Source: Hydrogenophilales bacterium CG_4_10_14_3_um_filter_58_23 (GTDB lineage Bacteria; Pseudomonadota; Gammaproteobacteria; Burkholderiales; Sulfuricellaceae). From it: 64,000 nt of DNA. This document shows positions 54,223 through 63,155 of the stretch, piece by piece. Both the position numbers and the translations under genes were made by a program. The stretch's first letter is position 1; the number at the start of each line of letters is the position of its first letter. Location: positions 8,597 through 72,596 of the forward strand of contig PFJY01000122.1 of NCBI GenBank assembly GCA_002784065.1. Direction: 5' to 3'. The notes under the pieces were generated by a model. It saw only the letters and a program-made list of their open reading frames with translations, searched no databases and was not told the origin of the DNA.

Positions 54223-55562
54223 CAAACCCCACCCTGCTTGTCATTGAAGATGACACTGTCTTGAATCGCCTGCTGGTGGGGGAGCTCAAGCAATCCGGTT
54301 TTGCCGCGCATGGCAGCTATAACTGGACCGATGGCAGGTCAGCCATTGACCGGTTGGCGCCGGAACTGGTGCTGCTGGACGTCCACCTACCCGATGCCAA
54401 CGGACTCGACATCCTGGCCGAAATTGGCGATAGCCGGCTAGTGGTGATGCTTACTGCCAATGCCTCCCTGCACCAAGCGGTCGAGGCCATGCGGATGGGG
54501 GCTGCGGACTACCTGGCCAAGCCAGTAAATCTCGACGAACTGGAGCTGATTATCCGCCGTGCCCTGGAAAACCGGCGACTCTCCGCCGAGCACGAGTGCC
54601 GTCGCAGTGAAGAAGCCATGCGGATGGCCGGCATGGTGGGCGTCGGCCCAGCCATGACAGAGTTGCGGCTCCTGATCGAGGCGGTGGCGCAAACCGATGT
54701 CACCGTGCTCGTTCAGGGTGAGAGCGGCGCTGGCAAGGAACTGGTGGCCCAGGCCGTCCATCATGCCAGCCCACGCCGCGAAAGGGCTTTTGTCGCCCTG
54801 GATTGCTGCTCCCTGCAGGACACCCTGTTCGAATCGGAACTGTTTGGTTACGAAAAAGGCGCCTTTACCGGCGCTGATCGGCGCAAGCCCGGGCTCATCG
54901 AAGCAGCGGCTGGCGGCACATTGTTCCTCGACGAAATCGGCGATATCGGCCCGGCTATCCAGGCCAAGCTGCTACGGGTGCTCGAAACCGGGCGTTTTCG
55001 TCGCATCGGGGCCACCAGCGACATGCGCGCCAATGTTCGTATCGTCGCCGCCACCAACAGGGACCTCGCTACTCTGGTGCGCAAAGGCACATTTCGCGCC
55101 GACCTCTATTATCGCCTGAACGCCTTCATGCTCGTTGTTCCGCCCCTGCGCCTGCGCCGCGAGGACATTCCCGTTTTGGCCAATTATTTCCTTGCCGCAC
55201 GTGCTGGCGGCAGGCGCCAGCGCCTGCATCCCGAAGCGGTACGTTACCTGACCGAGTACGGCTGGCCGGGCAATGTGCGCGAGTTGCGCAACGTCATCGA
55301 GAGGGCGTCGATTCTCTCCGGTGACACGCCCGTAATCACGCCCGCGCATCTTCTTGGACTGTCCGGCGAAATGGCCTCCGCAGCGGTTGACCGCGGCAAT
55401 GGCTTTCAGTTTGACGACGAACCTGCGCTGGAGAAAATCGAGCACGAGTATTTGGCCTATCTGCTGGACAAGTATCGTGGCAATCGCCGCGAGGTGGCAA
55501 AAAAACTGGGCGTATCCGAGCGTACCTGCTACCGCATGGCGGAGCGTTACGGCCTGGGTTGA
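54219..55562 (+). CDS. NtrC-family sigma54-dependent response regulator
   Basis: REC domain (EDD, LLDVHLP); GESGAGKE, GAFTGA, FRADLYYRL, WPGNVRELRN; Fis HTH; ATGA overlap with the kinase. Confidence 0.92.
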   Translation: MTNPTLLVIEDDTVLNRLLVGELKQSGFAAHGSYNWTDGRSAIDRLAPELVLLDVHLPDANGLDILAEIGDSRLVVMLTANASLHQAVEAMRMGAADYLAKPVNLDELELIIRRALENRRLSAEHECRRSEEAMRMAGMVGVGPAMTELRLLIEAVAQTDVTVLVQGESGAGKELVAQAVHHASPRRERAFVALDCCSLQDTLFESELFGYEKGAFTGADRRKPGLIEAAAGGTLFLDEIGDIGPAIQAKLLRVLETGRFRRIGATSDMRANVRIVAATNRDLATLVRKGTFRADLYYRLNAFMLVVPPLRLRREDIPVLANYFLAARAGGRRQRLHPEAVRYLTEYGWPGNVRELRNVIERASILSGDTPVITPAHLLGLSGEMASAAVDRGNGFQFDDEPALEKIEHEYLAYLLDKYRGNRREVAKKLGVSERTCYRMAERYGLG

Positions 55563-55646
55563 CGGCCTGTGCCGGATCAATAGCGCCCGGTTAAAAATAG
55601 TGTAATGTCAGTTGGCTATATTACGGAGTCGTATCTTCTCAATAAC

Positions 55647-56651
55647 TCATGTCAGCACAATAACCAGGTAGGTGACATACATCGCCCCATTGATCCCCAG
55701 ATGCCAGACCTTGATCTGTCCTCGGCTGACCATTAACCTGACCCATGACGCAGCCAAAATAGTGATGACGATGCCGGCGAGTACTTCCTGACGCGGTTCC
55801 CACGGGGTGAGCATGATGCCGATGGCAGGTAGCAAGGTGCCCTGGAATACCATTGCGCCGGTGATATTGCCGAAGGCCAGAGTGTCCTTGCGTTTGCGGA
55901 TCCACAGGATGCTGTTGACCTTTTCCGGTAGTTCGGTGGCGATCGGGATGATCAGCAGCGACAACAGCAGGGGAGTAATGCCGAGCAACTGCGATGCGCC
56001 CTCTACGCCATGGATGAAGCCCTTGGCGCCAGCCACCAGTAGGCCCAAGCCGAGGGCAAGCTGGATCAGGATCATCAGCATGTTCTGCGGCAGTCCCAGA
56101 CGGCACAGGAACATTTTTTCCTCTGCTTCAGTGCCGTGTCCCTCCTTGACCAGATGGGCGGAAGCGCGCAAGGTGAGCATGATGTAGACGAAGTAAGTCA
56201 GCACCAGGGTGAAGCCGATGGCGGCACGGATCGCAGTCTGCTGGTGCGGCACGAACAGGGCGATGGCGGAAAAGGCGAATGCCGCCAGGAAGAAGTTCAG
56301 GTCGCGGGTCAGCCCCGTCCGCTCCGGCGTAAAATGGCCATGGATGCCGCGTTTTCTCAACACCGCCAGCGCCATCAGGGAGGTCGACAGGGTGGACAGC
56401 ATCAGCGGCGCGCCGAGGATTGCTCCGACCCCGATTTCTTCGTTGAGGTGGGTGTCGGCAGTACCCGCCATCAGCGCCAGCAGCGGCACCATGGTTTCCG
56501 GCAGGGCGGTGCCTATGGCGGCAAACAGCGAGCCGGTGACGCCTTCCGATATCTTCAGCTTTTCGCCCAAATGTTCCAATGCATTGGTAAATACCTCGGC
56601 GGCAATTAAAATGACGATCAGCATCAGGAACAGAATGGCGAAAATGGTCAT
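55647..56651 (-). CDS. Ca2+/cation (Na+/Ca2+) antiporter family protein
   Basis: Alpha repeats GTALPE and ATELPE; GAILGAP; GNITGA. Confidence 0.85.
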   Translation of the reverse strand: MTIFAILFLMLIVILIAAEVFTNALEHLGEKLKISEGVTGSLFAAIGTALPETMVPLLALMAGTADTHLNEEIGVGAILGAPLMLSTLSTSLMALAVLRKRGIHGHFTPERTGLTRDLNFFLAAFAFSAIALFVPHQQTAIRAAIGFTLVLTYFVYIMLTLRASAHLVKEGHGTEAEEKMFLCRLGLPQNMLMILIQLALGLGLLVAGAKGFIHGVEGASQLLGITPLLLSLLIIPIATELPEKVNSILWIRKRKDTLAFGNITGAMVFQGTLLPAIGIMLTPWEPRQEVLAGIVITILAASWVRLMVSRGQIKVWHLGINGAMYVTYLVIVLT

Positions 56652-56704
56652 GGGCAGCTTCCTTGAAAAAACATGGTGCAATTATAGCATTGTGCAACAG
56701 CTTG

Positions 56705-56738
56705 GTAGGGTGGGCACGGTTTTGTTCCCACGCGGAAA
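56705..56738 (+). repeat. Single REP (GTAGGGTGGGCAC family)
   Basis: GTAGGGTGGGCACGGTTTTGTTCCCACGCGGAAA, a direct copy of the arm at 40521. Confidence 0.85.
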
Positions 56739-56759
56739 ACCACATAAATTGGAAATGAA

Positions 56760-57317
56760 ATGAAAATTGACCGTTCGGGATTTTTGCAGGGCGCGCGCTT
56801 CATCGCCACGCCCAACTGCGACGAGCGCCCGCCGGAGGTGGAGTTCGATATTCCGCTGCTGGTGATCCACAACATCAGCCTGCCGCCGCGCGAGTATGGC
56901 AGCGACGACGTCATCGCGTTTTTCACCAACCGGCTGGACGTGAAGAAGCACGGCTATTTCGAGCTGATCGCCGATCTCAAGGTTTCCGCTCATTTTTTCA
57001 TACGCCGAGATGGCGAGATCATCCAGTTCGCGTCGTGCAACAAGCGTGCCTGGCATGCCGGGGTTTCCGTCTGGCACGACCGTATGCGCTGCAACGATTT
57101 TTCCATCGGTATCGAGCTGGAGGGCAGTGATGACGACCCGTTCACAGACATTCAGTACGAGAAGCTGGCGGAGCTGACGCGAGCCATCCAGGCGGCTTAT
57201 CCGATCGAGGAGATCGTCGGCCATTCGGACATCGCTCCGGTGCGCAAGACCGATCCGGGGCCGTGCTTCGAATGGGAAAAATTCCGGAACCTGACCGCCG
57301 TCGCAGGGCCGGACTAA
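56760..57317 (+). CDS. ampD: 1,6-anhydro-N-acetylmuramyl-L-alanine amidase
   Basis: VIHNISLPP, VSAHFFIRRDG, AWHAGVS, CNDFSIGIELEG, GHSDIAP.RKTDPG. Confidence 0.95.
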   Translation: MKIDRSGFLQGARFIATPNCDERPPEVEFDIPLLVIHNISLPPREYGSDDVIAFFTNRLDVKKHGYFELIADLKVSAHFFIRRDGEIIQFASCNKRAWHAGVSVWHDRMRCNDFSIGIELEGSDDDPFTDIQYEKLAELTRAIQAAYPIEEIVGHSDIAPVRKTDPGPCFEWEKFRNLTAVAGPD

Positions 57318-57359
57318 CAAGTTTATTCCCCTCGATGCCCAAATGAATCATAATCGCTC

Positions 57360-58055
57360 ATGAGTAAAACTTTATTGCCCGGCGGGGCCGACTGCGTTAA
57401 TTGCAGCATCCGCAAATCGGTACTGTTCGCCGGGTTGGAAATCAGTGATTGCGAGAGTATTCACCGCCCGATCGATGACATCACGCTTGCCACGCATGAA
57501 GTGCTCTACCGGGCGGGCGATCCGGCGCAGGCGGTGTTCACCATTCGCAGCGGCCTGCTCAAGCTGGTCCAGTACCTGCCGGACGGGCGCCAGCGCATCG
57601 TCCGCCTGCTCCGCGCCACCGATGTCACCGGCCTGGAAGCGTTGCTTGGGCAGCCCTACCAGCATGACGCCATTGTTTTGCAGCAGTCGGCGGTTTGCCG
57701 TATTCCACTGGAAGTGATCCAGCGACTGGACCGGGACAACCCCAAGCTGCGCAAGGAGTTGATGGTGCGCTGGCAGCACGCGCTGGACGAGGCGGATGCC
57801 TGGCTGACCCAGCTTGCCACCGGCAGCGCCAAGGCGCGTATGGCGCGCCTGCTGCAACGCCTGGTCAGTGGCACGGAGGGCAGTGCGTGCGAGATGCTCG
57901 GGCGCGAGGATATGGGGTCGATGCTCGGCATCACCACCGAAACGGCCAGTCGTATTATCGCCGAATTTAAGCGTAGCGGGGCGTTGCGGGAAATTCCCGG
58001 CAGCGTTTTTCTGCGCTGCGACAATGCCGCACTCAACAAGATTGCCGCCGATTGA
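57360..58055 (+). CDS. Crp/Fnr-family transcriptional regulator
   Basis: N-terminal CVNC; cNMP-like domain (DGRQRIV); HTH REDMGSMLGITTETASR with FNR-type ExxSR. Confidence 0.88.
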   Translation: MSKTLLPGGADCVNCSIRKSVLFAGLEISDCESIHRPIDDITLATHEVLYRAGDPAQAVFTIRSGLLKLVQYLPDGRQRIVRLLRATDVTGLEALLGQPYQHDAIVLQQSAVCRIPLEVIQRLDRDNPKLRKELMVRWQHALDEADAWLTQLATGSAKARMARLLQRLVSGTEGSACEMLGREDMGSMLGITTETASRIIAEFKRSGALREIPGSVFLRCDNAALNKIAAD

Positions 58056-58094
58056 GAATTGTCAATGACGGCGTTTTACCTTCTCGACTAACAT
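58052..58094 (+). promoter_or_regulatory. FNR-like box with -10 element (class II geometry)
   Basis: TTGAGAATTGTCAA (TTGA-N6-TCAA, centre 58058.5) and TAACAT at 58089-58094. Confidence 0.55.
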
Positions 58095-58099
58095 GGCTC

Positions 58100-58216
58100 C
58101 ATCGCGTTCGTTCCCAAGACGGCGCGCCAGACCCTTTCTTCTTGGGTTGTCCTCCTCCGAATCGCTCATGAGCGGTTCTTTAACCCGCCCGTCCCCCCTG
58201 ACAGGCGGGTTTTTTT
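58100..58216 (+). ncRNA. Candidate trans-acting sRNA with an anti-SD (CCUCCUCC) motif
   Basis: No ORF in the track; TTGTCCTCCTCC at 58147-58158; ends in a strong terminator. Confidence 0.55.
58182..58216 (+). terminator. Intrinsic terminator
   Basis: AACCCGCCCGTC-loop-GACAGGCGGGTTTTTTT. Confidence 0.85.
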
Positions 58217-58225
58217 CTGCCTGAG

Positions 58226-59083
58226 TTAGTTAAAAATCACCGTCTTGTTGGCATACAACAGGATGCGGCTCTCGATGTGCCAGCGCACCCCGCGCGACAG
58301 TACCATCTTCTCCAGGTCGCGGCCTTTCTGGATCAGGTCGTCGATGGCGTCGCGATGGGAGATGCGGGCTACGTCCTGTTCGATGATCGGGCCATCGTCG
58401 AGCATTTCGGTGACATAGTGGCTGGTTGCGCCGATCAGTTTGACGCCGCGCTCGAAGGCGCGGTGATAGGGTTTGGCGCCGAGAAAAGCGGGCAGAAAAG
58501 AATGGTGGATGTTGATGATGCGGTTCGGGTAATGCCGGATGAAGTCCGCCGACAGCACCTGCATGTAGCGCGCCAGCACGATCAGGTCGATATGGTGGTG
58601 GCGCAGCAGGGCGAGCTGGGTCTTTTCCGCTTCCGCCTTGCTGTCCTTCTGCACCGGGATGTGCTGGAACGGGATGCCATAGGAATCGGCGATCCATCGG
58701 GTGTCATCGTGGTTGCCGATGATCAGCAGGATGTCGCAGTGCAGCTCGCCGCTCTGGTGACGGTAGAGCAGATCGACCAGGCAGTGGTCATAGCGCGACA
58801 CCAGAATTGCCACTCGTGGGCGGGAGGCTGATTGCGCCAGGTGCCACTGCATCTGGAATTTCTCGGCGATCGGTGCGAAGTGCTGCTCGAACTGGCTGAT
58901 TTCCAGATCGAAATCGTGCAGGTCCCATTCCACGCGCATCAGGAACAGACCCAACTCGCTGTCCTGGTGCTGGTCGGCGTGCAGAATATTGGCGTTGTGG
59001 CGGTAGAGGAAATCGGCGATGCCCGCGACCAGGCCTTTGCGGTCGGGGCAGGAAATCAGCAGAATGGCGGTGTTTTTAATCAT
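58226..59083 (-). CDS. purU: Formyltetrahydrofolate deformylase
   Basis: ACT domain CPDRKGLVA; LARYMQVLS; INIHHSFLPAF; GVKLIGATSH; DDGPIIEQ. Confidence 0.95.
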   Translation of the reverse strand: MIKNTAILLISCPDRKGLVAGIADFLYRHNANILHADQHQDSELGLFLMRVEWDLHDFDLEISQFEQHFAPIAEKFQMQWHLAQSASRPRVAILVSRYDHCLVDLLYRHQSGELHCDILLIIGNHDDTRWIADSYGIPFQHIPVQKDSKAEAEKTQLALLRHHHIDLIVLARYMQVLSADFIRHYPNRIINIHHSFLPAFLGAKPYHRAFERGVKLIGATSHYVTEMLDDGPIIEQDVARISHRDAIDDLIQKGRDLEKMVLSRGVRWHIESRILLYANKTVIFN

Positions 59084-59219
59084 TATCGTTAAAAAAATTG
59101 CCGAAAAATTTGATCATACACCTCAATGGGTGCGTGGGACGCACCCAACGCATGCTGACCAAATGGTAACGTGAAGCAAACCCGGTGGCCGGGGTATAAT
59201 TAAACTATAGGAGGCGCTT

Positions 59220-59249
59220 AACAAAGCCCAACAAAGCCCAACAAAGCCC
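59220..59249 (+). repeat. Perfect 10-bp tandem repeat AACAAAGCCC x3
   Basis: Lies between TATAAT (59195-59200) and the yhdP start. Confidence 0.85.
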
Positions 59250-59274
59250 CTGCGGTTTCTATTGAACCTGGATC

Positions 59275-62200
59275 ATGCATAAAATCTTGTGGCGCTGGAG
59301 TTACCGAATTGCCATCGCGGCCCTGTTCCTGGCCGGGTTGGTGTTCGCCTCGACGGTGGTGGCCCTGCGCTATTGGATATTGCCCAATATCGGCCAATAT
59401 CGCGAGGACCTTGCCGCTTCCATCACCCGCGCGGCCGGCCAGCACGTCGCGATTGGCGCGATCGATGCAAACTGGGAGCGTCTGCGGCCGCACTTGACGC
59501 TGCGCGAAGTTCAGGTTTACGACCGGCAGGGACATCCCGCGCTGGTACTCCAGCATGTCGATACCACCCTGTCGTGGTGGACGCTGCTGGCAGGCGAGGT
59601 GCGTCTGCATTCCCTCGAAATCAGCGATCCCGTATTGAGCCTCCGACGAGATGCCGAAGGGCACATCTTCATCGCGGGAATCGAGCTTAACCGGCCAGAC
59701 AGCGACAGTGGTTTTGCCGATTGGCTATTGCAGCAATCGCGTATTGTCATCCGCAACGCAGTGATCGAGTGGCGCGACGAGAAGCGTCACGCGTCGCCGT
59801 TGACCTTGAGCCGCGTCAACCTGCGCCTGGAGAACAGCGGCAGGCGGCATCGACTGGGCCTGCAGGCTGTTCCGCCTGCCGAACTGGCCGGCCCGCTGGA
59901 CATTCGTGCAGATTTGAAGGGTAAAAAAGTGGCCGATCTGGCTGCGTGGGAGGGCAGAGTTTATGCGAAACTCAACCATGCCGACATCGCCGCCTGGCAG
60001 AGCTGGCTACCCTTCCCGTTCGATCTGCGGCGCGGTTATGGCGGGGTGCAGGTCTGGCTTGGGTTCAAGGCAGGGGAGATCGGCGCGGTCACAGCGGATG
60101 TTCGTCTCTACGATGTAACAGCCCGATTTGCCAGCGATCTTCCCCAGCTTGATCTCTATAGCCTGAGCGGTCGCCTCGGGTGGCAGCCGCTGCCAGGTGG
60201 ATTCGAATTTCACGCGCAGCGTCTGAGTCTGGCGGCGAAGAGTGGTGTCAACCTGCCGGCTACCGATTTGCTGGTGCACTATGTCCCGGCGCAAGGCAAA
60301 AAGTCCGCGACAGGGGAAATTCGTGCCAATAATATTTACCTGGAACCGCTGGTGAAAATTGCCGATGCACTGCCGCTGCCATCGGAAGTGCGTGGCAATC
60401 TGGCTGAAATTGGTCCCCAGGGCAGCTTCCGCGACTTCAGCGTTAAATGGAGCGGCGACTGGAAGGCGCCACAGAGCTATATGGCCAAGGGGAGTTTTAC
60501 CGGTTTGGGCATGAAACCGCATGGAAAGCTGCCGGGCTTTTCCGGCCTGAGCGGCAACCTCGACGCCAACGAAAAATCCGGCACGCTGGCGCTGGATTCA
60601 CACCGTGTGCGGGCCGATTTTCCGGCGCTGTTCCGCGAGCCGCTGGAGATGGATGCTCTGACCGCGCAGATGAACTGGAAAAAGTTGGGAAAAGACCTGA
60701 ATCTTAACCTGACCAGCCTTTCCCTTGCCAACCGCCATCTGGCAGGCACGCTGTTCGGCAGTTACAAGATGACGGTCGGCACGCCGGGCACGATCGATCT
60801 TACTGGCCAGTTCACCCGTGGCGATGCGCGCGCAGTCGGCCGATACATTCCTCTGACGATTGGCCAGGCTACGCGTGACTGGCTCAATATCGCGCTGCTG
60901 GCCGGGCAGTCCAACGATGTGCGGCTGCGGCTGAAGGGTAACCTGGCGGATTTTCCCTTCGCCGACGGCAAGCGCGGCCTGTTCGAGGTGGCCGGAAAGG
61001 TGACCGGCGGCACGCTGGAATATGCGCCGGGCTGGCCAAAAATCGAGAATATCGCGGTGGATCTGCTGTTCCGAAACGCCCGTATGGAGATCACCGCCCA
61101 TCAAGGTAATACCGATGGCATGCAAATTAGCAAGACCCGTGCGGTGATTGCCGATCTGTTGAGCTTGGATGAAATTCTTGAAGTGGAGGGTGAAGCCCGT
61201 GGGCCGACTGGAGACATGATCAAGTTCATCGAAAACAGTCCGGTCAGCGCCATGATCGACGATTTTACCGAGGGCATGGGGGCATCGGGCAACGGCAATT
61301 TTAAGCTGAAGCTGGCTATTCCTTTGCGCCGCAACCAGGACAGCCGGGTGGCGGGTAGCTACCAGTTTGTCAACAACCGCGTTTTTCTGGGCGCGGATTT
61401 CCCGCCTCTGGAGCAGGTGAATGGCCGGCTGGAGTTTACTGAGTCGGCGGTGGTCATCCCCCGCATTACGGCGCTGGTGCTGGGCGAGCTGGCGACGATC
61501 GGAGGGGCGACACAGCAGGACGGTAGCGTGCTCATCAATGCTCAGGGGCGTGCCACCGCTGTTGGAATGCGCGGCTTGGCCGATCAGCAGATAACCCGTA
61601 ACTTGGGCGGAGCGACCGACTGGCGTGGGATGATTACGATCCGCAAAAAGCAGGCCGATATACTGCTCGAGTCAACGCTGGTCGGGCTGGCGGTTAACCT
61701 GCCTGCACCTTTTGGGAAAAAGGCGACCGATCCGGTGCCGCTGCGCTTTGAGAAGAAAATAACGGGTGTCAAGCAGGATCTGCTTCTGCTTAATTATGGC
61801 AAAGCGCTTGCTGCGGTGCTGTCGCGCAATCATGAAAATGGCAAAACCACGATCGAGCGCGGCTCGGTCAATCTGGGAGCGGCTGCGGTGCTGCCTCCAC
61901 AGCCAGGTATCTGGTTGAGCGGTGAACTGGCCCTGCTTGATCTCGATCATTGGCGTAGCCTCCTCGGGCAGTCGTCGGCCGAGACGCAGTTGCCCGGGTT
62001 TACCGGGCTCAACCTGAAATTTGGCGCGGTCGATGCATTCGGTAAACGCTTTAACGACTTGCGCATTAGTGCAAAAAGGCAAGAAGGTGCCTGGCAGGCG
62101 AAGATAGAGAGCAGAGAGCTGGCTGGAAACCTCCGTTGGAACCCCGATGGGCGCGGTCGGCTGCAGGCTCGCCTAGGCCATTTGACTATTCCCGATTCTG

Positions 62201-63051
62201 CCCCGGCGAAACTGGGGGTTCCGGTGGAAACGCCGCAGGAGAAGGAGCTGCCGGCATTGGATATCATCGCGGATAGTTTCTCGGCCAGGCAGAAAAAACT
62301 GGGTAAGCTCGAACTGTTGGCCGTGCAGGAGGGCGAGGATTGGCGCATCGAGAAGCTGCACATCAATAACCCCGACGGCGCTTTGCAGATGGATGGGTTG
62401 TGGCAGGGTTGGCGACGCAGGCCGATGACCAACGCCAATCTGCACCTTGAGGCGCAGGATTTGGGTAAGCTTCTGGCTCGGTTGGGCTATCCGGAAGCGG
62501 TGAAGCGTGGAACGGCGAAGCTCGACGGTCAGCTTTCCTGGGCTGGCAGCCCCCATGATATCGATTTCCCGAGCTTGGCTGGCAATCTGAAGCTGGAAGC
62601 GAAGAATGGCCAGTTTCTCAAAATCGAGCCAGGTGCGGGCAAGCTGCTTGGCCTGCTCAGCCTTCAGTCACTGCCACGGCGCTTGACGCTGGATTTTCGC
62701 GATATTTTCAGCGAAGGCTTCGCCTTCGACTCGATTTCTGGTAGTGCGCGCATCAACCGCGGTGTGGCGCGCACCGATGATCTCAGGCTGGAAGGGCCGG
62801 CCGCGAAAGTTCGGATGCAGGGTGAAACTGACTTGGCTAGGGAAACCCAGAATCTGAAGGTAAGAGTGGTTCCACAGCTGGGAGAGGGCGTGTCCGTCGC
62901 CAGCGCTTTTCTGGGCGGACCCGTGGTTGGGATAGCCGCGCTGGTGGCGCAAAAATTGTTGCGAGACCCGATTGATCAAATCGCGGCCTATGAATACAGT
63001 ATTACTGGAACATGGGATAATCCCAATGTGGTAAAAATTGGCGGGAATTAA
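59275..63051 (+). CDS. yhdP: YhdP (AsmA-like phospholipid transport) protein
   Basis: 1258 aa, N-terminal TM; GKLLGLLSLQSLPRRLTLDFRD, GFAFD, YSITGTWDNP; upstream of a nitrilase gene as in common synteny. Confidence 0.88.
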   Translation: MHKILWRWSYRIAIAALFLAGLVFASTVVALRYWILPNIGQYREDLAASITRAAGQHVAIGAIDANWERLRPHLTLREVQVYDRQGHPALVLQHVDTTLSWWTLLAGEVRLHSLEISDPVLSLRRDAEGHIFIAGIELNRPDSDSGFADWLLQQSRIVIRNAVIEWRDEKRHASPLTLSRVNLRLENSGRRHRLGLQAVPPAELAGPLDIRADLKGKKVADLAAWEGRVYAKLNHADIAAWQSWLPFPFDLRRGYGGVQVWLGFKAGEIGAVTADVRLYDVTARFASDLPQLDLYSLSGRLGWQPLPGGFEFHAQRLSLAAKSGVNLPATDLLVHYVPAQGKKSATGEIRANNIYLEPLVKIADALPLPSEVRGNLAEIGPQGSFRDFSVKWSGDWKAPQSYMAKGSFTGLGMKPHGKLPGFSGLSGNLDANEKSGTLALDSHRVRADFPALFREPLEMDALTAQMNWKKLGKDLNLNLTSLSLANRHLAGTLFGSYKMTVGTPGTIDLTGQFTRGDARAVGRYIPLTIGQATRDWLNIALLAGQSNDVRLRLKGNLADFPFADGKRGLFEVAGKVTGGTLEYAPGWPKIENIAVDLLFRNARMEITAHQGNTDGMQISKTRAVIADLLSLDEILEVEGEARGPTGDMIKFIENSPVSAMIDDFTEGMGASGNGNFKLKLAIPLRRNQDSRVAGSYQFVNNRVFLGADFPPLEQVNGRLEFTESAVVIPRITALVLGELATIGGATQQDGSVLINAQGRATAVGMRGLADQQITRNLGGATDWRGMITIRKKQADILLESTLVGLAVNLPAPFGKKATDPVPLRFEKKITGVKQDLLLLNYGKALAAVLSRNHENGKTTIERGSVNLGAAAVLPPQPGIWLSGELALLDLDHWRSLLGQSSAETQLPGFTGLNLKFGAVDAFGKRFNDLRISAKRQEGAWQAKIESRELAGNLRWNPDGRGRLQARLGHLTIPDSAPAKLGVPVETPQEKELPALDIIADSFSARQKKLGKLELLAVQEGEDWRIEKLHINNPDGALQMDGLWQGWRRRPMTNANLHLEAQDLGKLLARLGYPEAVKRGTAKLDGQLSWAGSPHDIDFPSLAGNLKLEAKNGQFLKIEPGAGKLLGLLSLQSLPRRLTLDFRDIFSEGFAFDSISGSARINRGVARTDDLRLEGPAAKVRMQGETDLARETQNLKVRVVPQLGEGVSVASAFLGGPVVGIAALVAQKLLRDPIDQIAAYEYSITGTWDNPNVVKIGGN

Positions 63052-63056
63052 ATCAT

Positions 63057-63137
63057 GTAGGTCGGGCACTCCATTCCCGACAAACCCAAAATTACAACCA
63101 TCGGAATTGCCTGTTGGGCACGGAGTGCCCAACCTAC
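63057..63137. repeat. REPIN (GTAGGTCGGGCAC family)
   Basis: Homolog of the 11102 element, lacking its internal mini-module. Confidence 0.85.
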
Positions 63138-63155
63138 CTGTAAGAAAGAAATAGC

